This document shows positions 1-18,192 of a DNA stretch of 64,000 nt, in pieces. The translations under genes were made by a program, and so were the position numbers. The notes beneath the pieces were generated by a model. The model ran no database searches and was not told where the DNA came from. It saw only the letters and a program-made list of their open reading frames with translations. Origin of the DNA: Octopus vulgaris (Eukaryota); the NCBI GenBank assembly GCA_951406725.2, contig OX597824.1, forward strand, positions 85,932,001 through 85,996,000, in the 5' to 3' direction. Each line of letters opens with the position of its first letter. Positions within the stretch are counted from its first letter, which is position 1.

Positions 1-498
1 GTATTAATGTTTGTTGTTGTTCTTGTTAGTGGTGTTTTATGTTTCAGCTTTTATTTGCTTGCTTTTTTTTTTAATTAATTATCCGATCCTTTACTTTTTA
101 CCGACGACGGGAGAGACACAAACAAGCTTAACATCAAACGATTCATTGAGTTAAAAAACCCCACAAATTGTAACAATCGTGGACGTTTGAGGGAGTCTTG
201 TTATCTGGGTGTAAACTATTTCGTGGTTTTTCTTCCCCCACAAACTTTTAGCTTTGTTTCGTTTGTTTACTTCTCTTTACAAACACGGGACGTCCCACAT
301 TTTCTTCTGCAAAACTTTCACATCTTTTTCCTTTTCTTTTTAACTTTTGTGTCCTTTCTTTTTTTGCAGAAATCAATCGAGTTTAAATTATCAACCAGGT
401 ATCTCTCTTTAGCATCTCAAACTCACCCTCCTTGTTCCTATCACTGTCACTCTGTATCCTCCTTCACTATATTCTCACACTTCCCCCCTTCTCCACTA

Positions 499-545
<47 letters not shown>

Positions 546-859
546 TCCTCTCCCCTGTCTCACTCTCTCTTTGTCCGTCACCTCAACAAGGTTAATGTAG
601 TAAGCACCTGTTACTACTGCCTTCCACCACAAACTCAGGTGATTCACTCTCCACTGTGAGATAGATACTTACTTATGCTACCTGCCAGGTAACCACCCTT
701 CAAATTGCCCTGTTGGTAGAATAGCAATTTGAAACCACTTTTAACCTTGCTCTCTACTCTATTAATAAATCCTTATTTGTTTATTTATATATTTGTTAAT
801 CAATTTAATTATATTTTGCATCACAATATGTGAACTTAGCGTCATTGGTTACAGGCTCC

Positions 860-1272
860 GGATCTTTTCGGTTTGAACGGCAGTTTTTTCTAGCGGTGTC
901 ATATGAAATTGTCACCCATAATTATAACCCTAGTATCGATCTATTGCATTTCAATCTGTTTTAGGGTTGGGGTTAGGGGGGAAGGGTATCTTTTTTTTTT
1001 CAGAAATGTGAATAAACCCAATCTGTTTCTTAAACGAGGGACATATTCATACGGCACAGAATGGTTTTCAACTCAATAGACGTCATTGATTAGTTGAAAT
1101 TGCAGGAATTGAAGAAAAACAACAACAAATATCTTACAAACCATAGAATTTTCACAATAAAGCCAAGAGAAAAAGATGTTTTATAAACACACTCTACCAG
1201 TATACGAAGTTTAAAAGTGTTTAGCTACGTGGAAATTATTTTTAAAAACTGCCGGTCAAACCGAAAAGATCC
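860..1272. mobile_element. Non-autonomous DNA transposon (MITE), Merlin-like
   Basis: TIRs GGATCTTTTCGGTTTGAACGGCAGTTTTT; perfect 8-bp TSD CAGGCTCC. GG-starting TIRs with an 8-bp TSD fit Merlin. Confidence 0.9.
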
Positions 1273-2322
1273 CAGGCTCCCAATGAACCAATCACTGCAT
1301 TTCTGATGGCGAGAGTGACAAGGGAGTATTTACAACTCGAAATATCTCAAGGGACTTCATTCCCGAAGCAACTGTCATTCAGTTTCCTAATTAATTAGAC
1401 ATGTCTGTATAGTAAGAAGTTGGCTTCCCAACTTCATTGTTCCAGGTTCAGTCCCATTGCGTGGTACCTTGGGCAAGTACTTTCTACAGTAGTCTCGAGC
1501 CGAACTAAGCCTTGTGAGTGGATTTGGTAGGCGGAAACTGAAAGTGTGTGTATGTGTGTGTGTGTTGTGTGTGTGTATGTGGTGTGTGTGTGTGTGTGTG
1601 GTGTGGGTGTGTGCGTGCGCGCGCGCGTCACCATAGATTGACACCACCGGGCTTTAATAATTGATTGAATTATTGTCAAGACGACATGCTGCGATAAATC
1701 ACGGCGGGGCAGATAAAGGGAGGTTTAAAGGAAGATTTACATTGTTTATGGTTCAGTCCATTTTCAGTTTCGCTTGGTCCAGTCCATTCAATACAGTAAA
1801 ATCTCTATACCTTAACCTCTCTCTCTCTCACTTTCTCTTGTTATCTCTCCTTTATTCACTCCTCATACCCTACAATATCTCTCGTTTTCTCATGTCATAT
1901 CTCCACTCTACTTTTGTTTTGTTCTTTCTCAAGCCATGCCTGGCTCATAAGGGCCGGTTTCCCGGTTTCCTTGGCGTATAGGTTCCCCACCTGGACGGGA
2001 CGCCAGTCCGTCACAGGTGAGTTGCAAGATGCAGGAGGAAAGAGTGAGAGAAAGTTGTGGCGAAAGAGTCAGCAGAAGTTTCGCCATTACCTTCTGCCGG
2101 AGCCGTGTGGAGCTTAGGTGTTTCACTCATAAACACACACATCGCCTGGTCTGAGATTCGGGCCCACGATCCTTGGACCGCGAGTCCACTGCTCTAACCA
2201 CTTGGCCGTGTGCCTCCACCTCCTCTCTACTACTTCATGATAAAACATGCTTAGACTCTAAAAGAGACGAGTTCGCTTCGTACTTGATTTGCAGTTTATC
2301 TGTCATACATCTCTCTCTCTAT

Positions 2323-2374
<52 letters not shown>

Positions 2375-2382
2375 CTCACACA

Positions 2383-2422
<40 letters not shown>

Positions 2423-4652
2423 GACCTCAGAGAACCTGTGCTCCTGCAGGTCACTCAATGGAACTATCCTTCCCATTGTATTATTGTACAAGTGGCTGAG
2501 TATCCCGCTCTGTAATCTTCAAGTAGAATCAATGTAAATGAATACAAGCCAGGGCACCTCTGATCATACAACTATCTATGCACGATAAGCGCTGACCTGG
2601 GGTTAAACAGCCAGCCCTACAATGCATGAATACAAACGAATATTCTACATGGCGATCCATGGCAGCTGTAAATTAAAAAAGAAAAAGAAAACGGATACAC
2701 AATACAGCGGTGTGCCCCAGCACAATGGTGGTACCCCAGCATGGCCGCGGCCTTCGGGCTAAAACATTTTAAAGGATTTAATACAGGAATGAATAATGGG
2801 CGTTAGTAAATCCAATGCAGCTTGTTTTACTGCCTATACAAGTACCATCGTGTAGAGTCAGCACTATAGTTTAATCAAGCACTTTGACCCCCTTCGGTCA
2901 TGAATGGCCATGGGATTGCACCTAGAAAGTTCCCCTCCGAGGCACAGGTCCGGACAAGGTTATTTATGGGAAACCAAAAGTCACCGATGTTATGCAAGGG
3001 AAAGGCAAAGGCCAATACCTATTTCTTTACTACCCACAAGGGGCTAAACACAGAGGGGACAAACAAGGACAGACAAACGGATTAAGTCGATTATATCGAC
3101 CCCAGTGCGTAACTGGTACTTATTTAATCGACCCCGAAAGGATGAAAGGCAAAGTCGACCTCGGCGGAATTTGAACTCAGAACGTAGCGACAGGTGAAAT
3201 ACCTATTTCTTTATTACCCAGAAGGAGCTAAACATAGAGGGGACAAACAAGGACAGACAAACGGATTAAGTCGATTACATCGACCCCAGTGCGTAACTGG
3301 TACTTATTTAATCGACCCCGATTCATGGACGCTTTTGTATCTGCTGTATAAGTTGGTATAGGGGCAAGTGGGGTAGTAAATTCAAAGGCTGCCCCTGGGT
3401 AGCACACACTGTTGCCATGTCACTGCCTTGAAATAACACTCTGATTTGAATCCCGTTCAATACTTCTGGGGGGGGGGGGTCGATAAATGAAGCGCCAGTA
3501 GAGTACTGAAAATCGTACCCCACCTCTCCCCCTTTCTCTGTACGCATGCGTGTGTATTTCTGCGGAATAAATTGGTTGTAGGTCTGGAGAGGGATGGGCC
3601 TCGTTAAGTTTAAAATGCTCAAGACATTATATTTCAAGATTGCACACGTATGACTATATCAGGAGGGACCAAATACAAAAAGAAGGACCTCTGGTTTACC
3701 CTGTAATTCAAAAGTTCAGTCATATCGATTGAGTCACGCTGATTTGATCTGAAGATTGCGTTAATATCAATGGTACACGCATCTGCTGAATATTCAGCAC
3801 TTACACGTTAATTTCACGATTAAGGATTTAGTTGGTCAAAAACCTAAAGGCTCATCGTAGAGACTGACGGAGGATCCACCACTAAGTTGGATAACTTAAT
3901 TGTTGAGGGATTATTGTTTGTTCGCTCCTTCTAAGAAAATTTAATGGCGTCCGTATTTTATTACTTTGAGCTTTCGGCCATATTGTAAAAGGACTGCTCT
4001 CTGCATCGGTGTATTGCAATGGCATCTGGTATTGTGCATTCACAATAAATCGCAGACTTTTCGATGAAGTCCGAAGAAAACCTTCTCATACACAACTCTA
4101 CAATCAACCAGCAACAACAGTAGGGGACAATTAGATCCCAAAATATAAACACAATGACATGGAAGCACTCCGTCGGTTACGACGACGAGGGTTCCGGTTG
4201 ATCCGAATCAACGGAACAGCCTGCTCGTGAAATTAACGTGTAAGTGGCTGAGCACTCCACAGACACGTGTACCCTTAACGTAGTTCTCGGGGATATTCAG
4301 CGTGACACAGAGAGTGACAAGGTCGGCCCTTTGAAATACAGGTACAACAGAAACAGGAAGTAAGAGTGAGAGAAAGTTGTGGTGAAAGAGTACAGCAGGG
4401 ATCACCACCACCCCCTGCCGGAGCCTCGTGGAGCTTTAGGTGTTTTCGCTCAATAAACACTCACAACGCCCGGTCTGGGAATCAAAACCGCGATCCTTTG
4501 ACCGCGAGTCCGCTGTCCTAACCACTGGGCCATTGCGCCTCCACAGAATGACAAACACGATATGAACACCTCGACATATAAACTGAAAACTAAATAGAAA
4601 AAGAGGGGAGACAGACAGATAGACGGATGGACAGAAGGAATGAAAGACATAA

Positions 4653-5068
4653 GGCGGCGAGTTGGCAGAAACGTTAGCACGCCGGGCGAAATGCTTTGTG
4701 GTATTTCGTCCGCCGCTATGTTCTGAGTTCAAATTCCGCCGAGGTCGACTTTGCCTTTCATCCTTTCGGGGTCGATTAAATAAGTACCAGTTACGCACTG
4801 GGGTCGATATAATCGACTTAATCCGTTTGTCTGTCCTTGTTTGTCCCTTCTGTGTTTGGCCCCTTGTGGGTAGTAAAGAAATAGGTATTTCGTCTGCCGT
4901 TACGTTGTGAGTTCAAATTCCGCCGAGGTCGACTTTACCTTTTATCCTTTCGGGGGTCGATAAATTAAGTACCAGTTACGCACTGGGGTCGATGTAATCG
5001 ACTTAATCCCTTTGTCTGTCCTTGTTTGTCCCCTCTGTGTTTAGCCCCTTGTGGGTAGTAAAGAAATA
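4653..5068 (+). mobile_element. SINE family B (tRNA-like head, Nin/Deu-like core), head + 2 body units
   Basis: GGCGGCGAG..A box, B box GAGTTCAAATTC, core GCCTTTCATCCTTTCGGGGTCGATAAA; flanking direct repeat AGGAATGAAAGACA. Other copies: 3014-3321(-), 7805-8378(-, 3 units), 13067-13483(-), 22533-22929(-), 25775-26138(-), 38803-39180(+), 48096-48510(+), 55347-55576(+). Confidence 0.9.
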
Positions 5069-5294
5069 GGAATGAAAGACAGACAGACAGTCAGTGGGAG
5101 GCAAACGTGATGGGTGACATCCAGCGAAACACATATTGACAAAAGAGAGTGAAATCGAGAGAGACGAACATAGAAAGACAGATGGCAGGCAACTTGTCAT
5201 CGAGTCACGTGGGTTTTTCCAAATCATTCCTTAAACCAGATCTTTATATTTAATCCTTATATTACTTCCTGTTGCACAACTGATATGATGCTGA

Positions 5295-6440
5295 TGTCGT
5301 TGTTGTTGTTGTTGGTGGTGGTGGCGGTGGTGGTGGTGGTGGTAGTAGAGTTGTTGCTGTTGTTGGTGGTGGTGGTGGTGGTAGCGGTGGTGGTGGTAGT
5401 AGTAGAGTTGTTGCTGTTGTTGTTGGTGGTGGTGGTAGCGGTGGTGGTGGTGGTAGCGGTGGTGGTGGTGGTAGTAGAGTTGTTGCTGTTGTTGTTGTTG
5501 GTGGTGGTAGCGGTGGTGGTGGTGGTAGTAGAGTTGTTGCTGTTGTTGTTGTTGCTGGTGGTGGTGGTGGCGGTGGTGGTGGTGTGTTAGTAGTGGTAGT
5601 GGTGGTGGAGTTGTTGCTGTTGTTGTTGTTGGTGGTGATGGCCATGATGCTAGTGGCCGTGATTGTGTTGATGATGCTGATGGTGATGACTGTTGTTGTT
5701 GTTAAGTAAGGGTGATTAGGTGATGGTCTAGGGCTTAGGGGCGGGAGACCCCAGACCTTGGGAAAAAACAAACAAACTTTGATCGTCTTGTTGTAGTCGA
5801 GGGCTCTTCGTTGACGCCCGACCACCACTGGGAGGTGGCCCTCGAAGTCACTGGAAATGGAAATCTCCAGGTCCAAATTCCTGAACGGCTGCTGCTGCTG
5901 ATGGTGGTGGTGGTGGTAGTGGTGGTGGTGGTAGTGATGGTGGTAGTGGTGGTGGTGGTAGTGGTGGTGGTAGTGGTGGTGGTAGTGGTGGTGTCGTGTT
6001 GGTAGTGGTGATGGTACTGGTGGTCTCGATGTCGGTGGTCGTGATGGTGGTTATAGTGATGGGAGCTGGTGTTGGTGCTGGCAGTAGTTAGAGGTGGTGC
6101 ACAGTAGAAGGTGATGATGCGGCAGCGTTACTAGTAGTGATGGCGACGGTGGTGGCTGTGACGGTGGAGGTGGCAGTGGCGGCGGCGGTGGTAGTGGTGG
6201 TGGTGGTTTTGGTGGTGGCGGCGGCGGCAGTGGTAGTGGTGGTGGTGGTGGTGGTGGTGGTGGTGGTGGTGGTGGTAGTAGTGACGGTGGCCGCAGTGGT
6301 GGGGGCAATAGTGGTGATAATTGTGGTAGTGGTGGTGACGGCGGCATTGGTGGTGGTGGTGGTGGTGGTGGTGGTGGTGGTAGTATTGGTGGTGGTGATT
6401 GTGATGGTGGCAGCGGTGGTATGTAATGGTGACGATGATG
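5295..6440. repeat. (GGT/GTT)n compound trinucleotide tract
   Basis: Direct. Similar triplet tracts at 10660-11205, 35703-35820, 37695-37880, 56505-57570 and 59850-60835. Confidence 0.9.
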
Positions 6441-6799
6441 TAGTTGGCGATATATGTGATAACAACACTGCTCAACCATTCCGGGGGTGACCCAGAAGTG
6501 TCGGCATCAACGACAAACGGCCGTTGACACCGATTAAGAAGTACCTCGTTCTTTTATTCTTTTATTCTGTTATTCTGTTATTTGCTTCAGTCATTTGACT
6601 GTGACCATGCTGGAGCACCGCCTTTAGTCGAGCAAATCGACCCCAGGACTTATTCTTTATAAGCCTAGTACTTATTCTATCGGACTGTCTTGTCGAACCG
6701 CTAAGTGACGGGGATGTAAACACACCAGCATCGGTTGTCAAGCGATGTTGGAGGGGACAAACACACAAACACACACACACACATACATACATACATACA

Positions 6800-6830
<31 letters not shown>

Positions 6831-6831
6831 G

Positions 6832-6870
<39 letters not shown>

Positions 6871-6957
6871 ATGTATGTATGTATGTATGTATGTATGTAT
6901 GTATGTATGTATGTATGCATGTATGTATATGATGGGCTTCTTTCAGTTTCCGTCTAC

Positions 6958-7002
6958 CAAATCGCTGAGGAAGTCTAATAAGACGGAAACATGTCCAGAT
7001 TT
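6958..7002 (+). ncRNA. Minimal type I hammerhead ribozyme motif
   Basis: aaatcg-CTGAGGA-a gtct aata agac g-GAAAC-at-GTC-cagattt, with palindromic ACATGT. Confidence 0.7.
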
Positions 7003-7301
7003 GTCTTTAAACTGTTGCTAAAGATCAGACTCCTCGCCCCACCGCGCGAGTATTTAAACCATGACTGTTCTTATTTAAAGATGCAATTTTAATTAATTAG
7101 AATTTCTTAATTAATTAAGATACCTGTAGGTTTAGTTGGTATGTATGAATGCGTATCTATATTGTCATGAATTTGAGTATTCGTTTGTTTGTAAGCGTTT
7201 GGGTGTATGTTTATTTATGTGAATGCACGCGTGAGTACTATTTACATGTGTTCGAGTACGGGAGGCTTTATGAATCAATATCGTCTTCATTGATAAAATG
7301 A

Positions 7302-7351
<50 letters not shown>

Positions 7352-9244
7352 ACACACATGCACGCACACACGTGGAGGAAGGAAGAGAGAGATAAACAAA
7401 CACATACCTCAAGTGGCACTTTAAGTTTGAGATGATCTGGGCCACTGACTGAAACCTAAATTTATTTAAGTTTGTATAATAATCCGGAAAGACTTCCGTC
7501 CGTCCCCCACCCCCAATATCTCCGAATTTTTTTTTTTTTTTTTTTTTTTCAAAAAACCCACGTTTTCGGCTACGGAGATTCCGGAGAAATGCCAAAAATC
7601 GGCATTTTTTAAATTTTCCCCTACCCACTAAATTGTTCATTTTTTACTTTTTTCAGAAATTTTTTTTCTGATATGCGGAAAAATACGGAGATTATGATTC
7701 TGAAAAAAAATTCCAAAAATTTTTGTAAAATTTCAACTAAAAACTTTAAAAATAAAATACTCCTCCCCATAAACAGGCATTTTTTCCGGCGTTCTGTCGA
7801 TTCTTATTTCTTTGTTGCCCACAAGGGGATAAACATAGAGGGGTCAAATAAGAACAGACAAACGGATTAAGTCGATTACATCGACCTCAGTGCGTAACTG
7901 GTACTTATTTAATCGACTCCGAAAGAATGAAAGGCGGAAACGTTGCCTGAAAGGCTAAGTCGACCTCGGCGGAATTTGAACTCAGAACGTAGCGACAGGT
8001 GAAATACCTATTTCTTTACTACCCACAGGGGGATAAACACAGAAGGGACCAGCAAGGACAGACAAACGGATTAAGTCCATTATATCGGACCAGTGCATAA
8101 CTGGTACTTAATTTATCGACCCCGAAAGGATAAAAGGTAAAGTCGACCTCGGCGGAATTTGAACTCAGAACGTAACGACAGGTGAAATACCTATTTCTTT
8201 ACTACCCACAGGGGGATAAACACAGAAGGGACCAGCTAGGACAGACAAACGGATTAAGTCGATTATATCGACCTCAGTGCGTAACTGGTACTTAATTTAT
8301 CGACCCCGAAAGGATGAAAGGCAAAGTCGACCACGGCGGAATTTGAACTCAGAACGTAGCGACAGGTGAAATACCGCCAATACTACCAAACTACATACAT
8401 AGATATATAAAAAAAATTTTTTTTCTTTTATTAAATCTCACTTACCTCACTCAGCCCTTTTCACTTCAGCCCTATCGAAGCGGGAGTATTATTAGGGTCC
8501 AACACATCGATAACGAAACAAGGTATCCAGAATCCGAAAAGCCTCGTAAACAATTTAATGAGTCAAACAACAAGTAGGTAGCTCCGTGCAGGTGGGCAGA
8601 TTGTGCCTGTGTGCCCGTAGCAGTTTTCCTTATCTTTTTCATCAACCTCAAACAAGTACTACCCCACCTTGCCTCCTGTGGGGTTACCAGGGTAGACAGG
8701 TGTCAATTCAAAAGTTAAGCTGTCACTGACTTAGAGTGTTTCAGGTATTGAACATCCGTGTTTATTATTTGTGTTTCGTTTCTAACGAATCGATGATGCT
8801 GTCTTTAAAGGGTTCCTTTAATCAGTTCCTTTGGCTCCATCCTATTGTTACAAGATTCAGGTTAAAACAGAGCTTTTAAATTGTATTTTTACATCAACCA
8901 AAATCTTATTATTCTTGCTTGAGGATATGTGTTTCTTTTTGTATGTATGTTATTTTTTTTTAACTTCTGCACGCTTTGACACGAAAGAATAAGTGAGACT
9001 TGTCACTCCCTGCTTTTTCGGGGTTTTTTTTTCTATTGTTACTAGAGATCCCTACTACACCTATGGATTGTAATAGCGGGAATCTTGCAGGTAGAGGACC
9101 TTAGGAGCAGATCTCGGTTTTTACAAATGAAATGTGGTTGGTGAATAGTTTTTATCTTCGCAAAATCTTTTCGCGTGGACGACTATTAAATAGTTATGCT
9201 TTTGATCAAAAGACACGCTATGAAATGTGTGTGTATTGTGTGTG

Positions 9245-9765
<521 letters not shown>

Positions 9766-10490
9766 GCGGATGGTGAGAATAGCTGAGGTTTGATCCGCTA
9801 ACACCACCACAAGAGGAGACCAGAATGAAGAAACATGCCAACTGTATCCAGGGCTGTGTCGAGCTCTAAAGTAATGCGTATTGTTTGTTGTTGGTGATGT
9901 TCAGCCCAGGGTAGACTCTCAGTGAACTAACCAAGCATCGAAGGCTTTCCAACCATAACCATCTCGTCTTGTCGGGGATAATTTAGGACTAGTTTATCCA
10001 GTACGCATTTTCTTTCCCGGGAAGAATGAGTATAACTTGAGGAGGGTTAATTGGCTATTGTTTTTAGCAGATCTGGGCGACCGCTTAGAGGCTCCCTAGT
10101 TGGGTCGTGTGCCTAATTGCAATACGCTGCTGTGGGAGTGAGGGTTGGTGCGCTTGCGGTTCAGCCCGACAACCGTCGACAGACTGAGCCGGAAAGAGGC
10201 TGCGAGAGAAAGGGGTGTTCAGCACCCGCTCCCGCACCCCTATTTCCATCCCCTTCGCCACCACAACACCACCACAAACAACACCCATGTACACACGCCA
10301 TTTCAGCCCTTCCCCTATATCTCTTACGCCTTATCAACTCCTCTTTTCCGCTCTTGCCATTCATTACTCTTTCCTCCACCCCCATCTCCCTTTTCTCTCT
10401 CTGTTTCTCTCTCTGTCTCACTCCTTCACTCTTTCTCCCTTTCTCGTTATCCCGTCTCTCTCTCTCTCTTTCTTTCTCTCTCTCTTTCTT

Positions 10491-10521
<31 letters not shown>

Positions 10522-10781
10522 TTCTCTCGCTCTCTCTCTCTCTCTTTGTTTCTGTCCCTCGCACACGCGCACTCACTAGCACTGTCTTTCATGATTTATC
10601 AACGTCACAAATCACAATAGCAACAGCACCAGTAAGTGACAGGGGCGGAGGCGGAGGAGAAGAAGAAGATGATGAAGAAGAAGAAGAAGAAAATGATGAC
10701 GAAGACAGTAGGAAGAAAATGATGATGATGATGATGATGATGATGAGGAGGAGGAGGAGGAGGAGGAGGAGGAGGATGATG

Positions 10782-10833
<52 letters not shown>

Positions 10834-10841
10834 GGATGATG

Positions 10842-10905
<64 letters not shown>

Positions 10906-10943
10906 GGATGATGATGATGATGAGGAGGAGGAGGAGGATGATG

Positions 10944-10992
<49 letters not shown>

Positions 10993-11012
10993 GGATGATG
11001 ATGATGATGATG

Positions 11013-11055
<43 letters not shown>

Positions 11056-11269
11056 GGATGATGATGATGGTGGTGGCGATGGTGGTGGCGATGGTGGTGG
11101 TAGTGGTAGTGAAGAAGAACAACAACACCACCAACAGCAACATCAACAAGGAAGAAGAAGAAGAAGAAGAAGAAGAAGAAGAAGAAGAAGAAGAAGAAGA
11201 AGAAATCGAACAAGAAGATATACAGTGAGTGGTTGAGGGAAGCTGGTGATCGAACTTTTGAACTAATTT

Positions 11270-13890
<2,621 letters not shown>

Positions 13891-14382
13891 TATGTGTATG
13901 TATGTATGTATGTATGTATGTATGTATGTATGTATGTATGTATGTATGTATGTATGTATGTATGTATGTGTGTGTGTGTGTGTGCGTGTGTGTGTGTGTG
14001 TGTACAGGGTAGCCGTAAAGTTTGAATACATAGGCGAAAATGAACGACAGCCAAGCCATGACAGCTTGTTTTGTTTCGTCCCTTAAAGTTGGTCGTCTGG
14101 ATCAGGGCTTGCCCAAAACACTACCCAAAAATTTCTTAACCAAAACTTCCCCACCGCGGGAAAGGCAGTATTGGGGGCGGGGTCCTACTGACATGAAGTG
14201 CAGTGGAAGCATCTGCTGTCTGTTGACGTAACCATCCCTCGCGTGCACTGAGTAGTCCCAGTTCAGTTCTTCCTTCTTTAGATGAACTCCTACTCGGTCT
14301 GTGGGAGAAGATTAAAAAAAAGCAAGATTATTAATATTTTTCATGCATCAAGACTTTATGATAGTCCTGTATATATATATAT

Positions 14383-14691
14383 AAATACAAAATGGGACAA
14401 GGACGCAAAACATCCAGAAGACGATACAAAAAGCACGGACGGGTCATTCGAAGCCTTTATTCTTCAGTCAAGAACCGGATCATCCTCGCAATTTCAGCTG
14501 ATTTCCAAGGAATCTAATGCTCTTAGCTTAGTTTTTCCTTGGGGCTGGTCAGAATGTAGCAATCAAGATTAATCAGCCGAAATTGCGAGGATGATCCGGT
14601 TCTTGACTGAAGATTAAAGGCTTCGAATGACCCATCCGTGTTTTTTGTATCGCCTTCTGGATGTTTTGCGTTCTTGTCCCATTTTGTATTT
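14383..14691. repeat. ~120-bp inverted repeat with ~67-bp spacer, flanked by (TA)n; third copy at 17094-17261
   Basis: Arms 14383-14503 and 14571-14691 are reverse complements with few mismatches. Confidence 0.9.
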
Positions 14692-14738
14692 TTTTTATAT
14701 TTATATATATATAGTGGCGTACGTATACTATGTTCTCT

Positions 14739-14783
<45 letters not shown>

Positions 14784-15863
14784 TTGTTTGTTCCTTCTCA
14801 AGCCATGCCTGGCTCATAATGGGCTGGTTTCCCAGTTTTATTGGCGTATAGGTTCCCCACCTGGAAGGGACGCCGATCCATCGCAGGTGAGCTGCAAGAT
14901 GCAGGAGGAAAGAGTGAAAGAAAGTTGTGGCGAAAGAATTAGCCTCGTGGAGTTTTAGGTGCTTTCGCTCAATAAACACACACAACGCCCGGTCTGGAAA
15001 TCGAAACCGCGATCCTCCGACCGAGAGTCCGCTGCCCTAACCACTGGGCCATTGCGCCTCTACAAATGCGCCCTTTTCTTAAAGCCTAGCCAGGCTCATG
15101 GGCCCGTCCATTGCAGCGTTACTCATTTTTGCCAGCTGAGTGGACTGGAGCAACGTGAAATGAAGTGTCTTGCTCAAGAACACAACGCGTCGCCTGGTCC
15201 ACGAATCGAAACCACAATCTTACAATCATGGTACTGACACCCTAACCACTAAGCCAAGCGCCTCCACGATTAAATAAATTACTATCCGAATACTGGGGAC
15301 GAAATAATCGACAAAAATCTTCCACCTCATCATAATTTCTAATTTTATACTATATTAGAAACATTTATTCATGATTGAGCTCAACAATAATGCAAATGAT
15401 TAAAAGTATTGCACTCCCAAATCTTGACTGGAATAGTTTTGTCTACTGTTCCAACTGCACTGGGAAAATTCGTTAAGTCCACAGCCCATTAATTTGAATT
15501 TTCTTTGAGCCCTGTTGCCTATTCAATAAAGCCCAATTTTCATTCAATATAATTAACCGAACCGTGAGAAAATATAGTGAAAATATAATTTTCCCACGGA
15601 TGTAGATATTAGCGAAACGATGATGGCGGACTTTCTTTTATCTCACCGATTGATAAATCATCGTCTTTGTTATCTCACTCTGTGAAGAGGGAGACTGTCT
15701 TGCATTGGGGTGGCAGGGAGTTAGATAAAGACAGTTGATTCCGTCCCCCATAGCCTGCACTTGGTTGATACCTGAATGCAGCTGGATGTATCATCCTATA
15801 CATGTATGCGTGGGTGGGAACACACGCATACATATAGACTACCACCGTATATAAATATGTATA

Positions 15864-15966
<103 letters not shown>

Positions 15967-15989
15967 CATACATACATACATACATACAT

Positions 15990-16022
<33 letters not shown>

Positions 16023-16042
16023 TACATACATACAAACATACA

Positions 16043-16073
<31 letters not shown>

Positions 16074-16367
16074 GTATATGTATATAAGTGTGTGTGTGTG
16101 TGTGTGTGTATGTATGTGTGTAAGTGTGTATGCGTGTATGTAATATTTATGTATGTATGTATGTATATAATACTATGTAAATGTATATATTTATATATAT
16201 ACATGTATAAATTCATATTTATAGATATATAGGCGCGCACGCGCACACACACAGACACACACACACACACTCACACACACAGATATATAGATATAGATAT
16301 ATATGCGTACATACAAACATATATATATATATATATGAAAGTTCATTTTTTATGTATGAATACACGC

Positions 16368-16404
<37 letters not shown>

Positions 16405-16475
16405 AGTGTGTGTGTGTGTCTCCATACATAAAGTGTATGAATGTATATATATGTGTGTTGATAGCTAGCTAGCTG

Positions 16476-16554
<79 letters not shown>

Positions 16555-16876
16555 ACATGTATATACGTATGTATGTATGTATGTATGTATGTATGTATGT
16601 ATGTATGTATGTATTTATGCATGAGGGTGGCGGATTGACAGAATCATTAGAATGTCGGAATAAATGCCTTGTGGTATTTAAGCATGGTTTTTTAAATTTT
16701 AAATTAAAATTTTTTTTTTTTTATGTCGGTTTCTTTTGCCGAAACACCAAGTTAGGTGAACAGAAACAAACCACCACCGGTTGTCAAACAGTGGTGGTGG
16801 GGCAAGCAAGCACAAAGACACACTCACATACATATCTATATAAAAAGACGAGCATAAACACACACACACATATATA

Positions 16877-16996
<120 letters not shown>

Positions 16997-17299
16997 CATA
17001 TATATACATATATATATACGTGTATTTATATACATATATGTGTATATATATGTGTGTGTATGTATGTATATCTATATACATAGATATATATAAAAAATAC
17101 AAAATGGGACAAGAACGCAAAACATCCAAATAGACGATACAAAAAACACGGACGGGTCATTCGAAGCTTTTAATCTTCAGTCAAGAACCGGATCATCCTC
17201 ACAATTTCGGCTGATTAATCTTGAGATTGCCCCAATCTGGCCAGCCCCAAGGAAAAACTAATACATATATATACGTGTATTTATACATACATACATACA

Positions 17300-17360
<61 letters not shown>

Positions 17361-17540
17361 GCACACACACAAAGTATGGCGGTTTAGTTCATAAGTGATC
17401 TAAACGCTGGGTAAGTGCTGTAACTTTTATGCTTCTTTTTTCTTCTCTCTTTCCATCTTATTCTTTTACCCCCGTCCTCTATGTTGTTATCTTATTGATA
17501 TATACCATTCTCATTTTCCATATCACCCCCCCCCCTATTT

Positions 17541-17596
17541 GTCTCTGATGACGCAATATCCCATACTCGGGGATATCCCAGAAACAGCTGTAAGAT
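17541..17596 (+). ncRNA. Minimal type I hammerhead ribozyme motif
   Basis: gtct-CTGATGA-(atatccc/gggatat stem)-GAAAC-agct-GTA-agat, with palindromic stem III ACAGCTGT. Confidence 0.7.
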
Positions 17597-18086
17597 TTTT
17601 AAGTTCCTCCTATAATGACATTGTATAAGACTTGCGATGTTTGCCTTGCCTTAATGTTCGACGTCCTCTTTTACTCCTTTAATTGTTTCAGTCATGTGAC
17701 TGTGGCCATGCTGGAGCACTGCCTCTAGTCGAGCAAATCGCCCCCAGGACTTATTTCTTTGTAAGCCTAGTACTTATTCTATCGGTCGCTAAGTTACGGG
17801 GACGTAAACACACCAGCATCGGTTGTCAAGCGATGTTGGGGGGGTGGGGACAAACACAGACATACAAACATGTACACATACACATACAAACACATATATA
17901 TACATATATATACGACGGGCTTCTTTCAGTTTCCGTCTACCAAATCCACTCACAAGGCTTTGGTCGGCCAGAGGCTATAGTAGAAGATACTTTCCCAAGG
18001 TGCCACGCAGTAGGGCTGAACCGGGAACCATGTGGCTGGTAAGCAAGCTGCTTACCACACAGCCACTCTTACCCCTATAGTGTAAC

Positions 18087-18172
18087 GCTTACAGCACCTA
18101 GGTTTCCCAATCGGTCACGCATCTAAGTACTAACTAGGCTCGACGTAGCTTTCAACGTATATAGCCGTAAAC
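18087..18172 (-). pseudogene. 5S rRNA pseudogene with ~30-nt internal deletion
   Basis: Matches both ends of the 18804-18920 copy; the central part is lost between short CTT microhomologies. Confidence 0.8.
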
Positions 18173-18192
18173 TAAAAAAAAAAAACACTTTG

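Noticed and set aside
2992-3174. Recurrent short ORFs ending IDPERMKGKVDLGGI or starting MRNWYLIYRPRKDERQ
   Set aside because: These are frames within the non-coding SINE-B body.
7480-8497. Possible Helitron-like element hosting the SINE-B trimer
   Set aside because: Only a weak terminal hairpin and a TTAG end; the boundaries could not be established.
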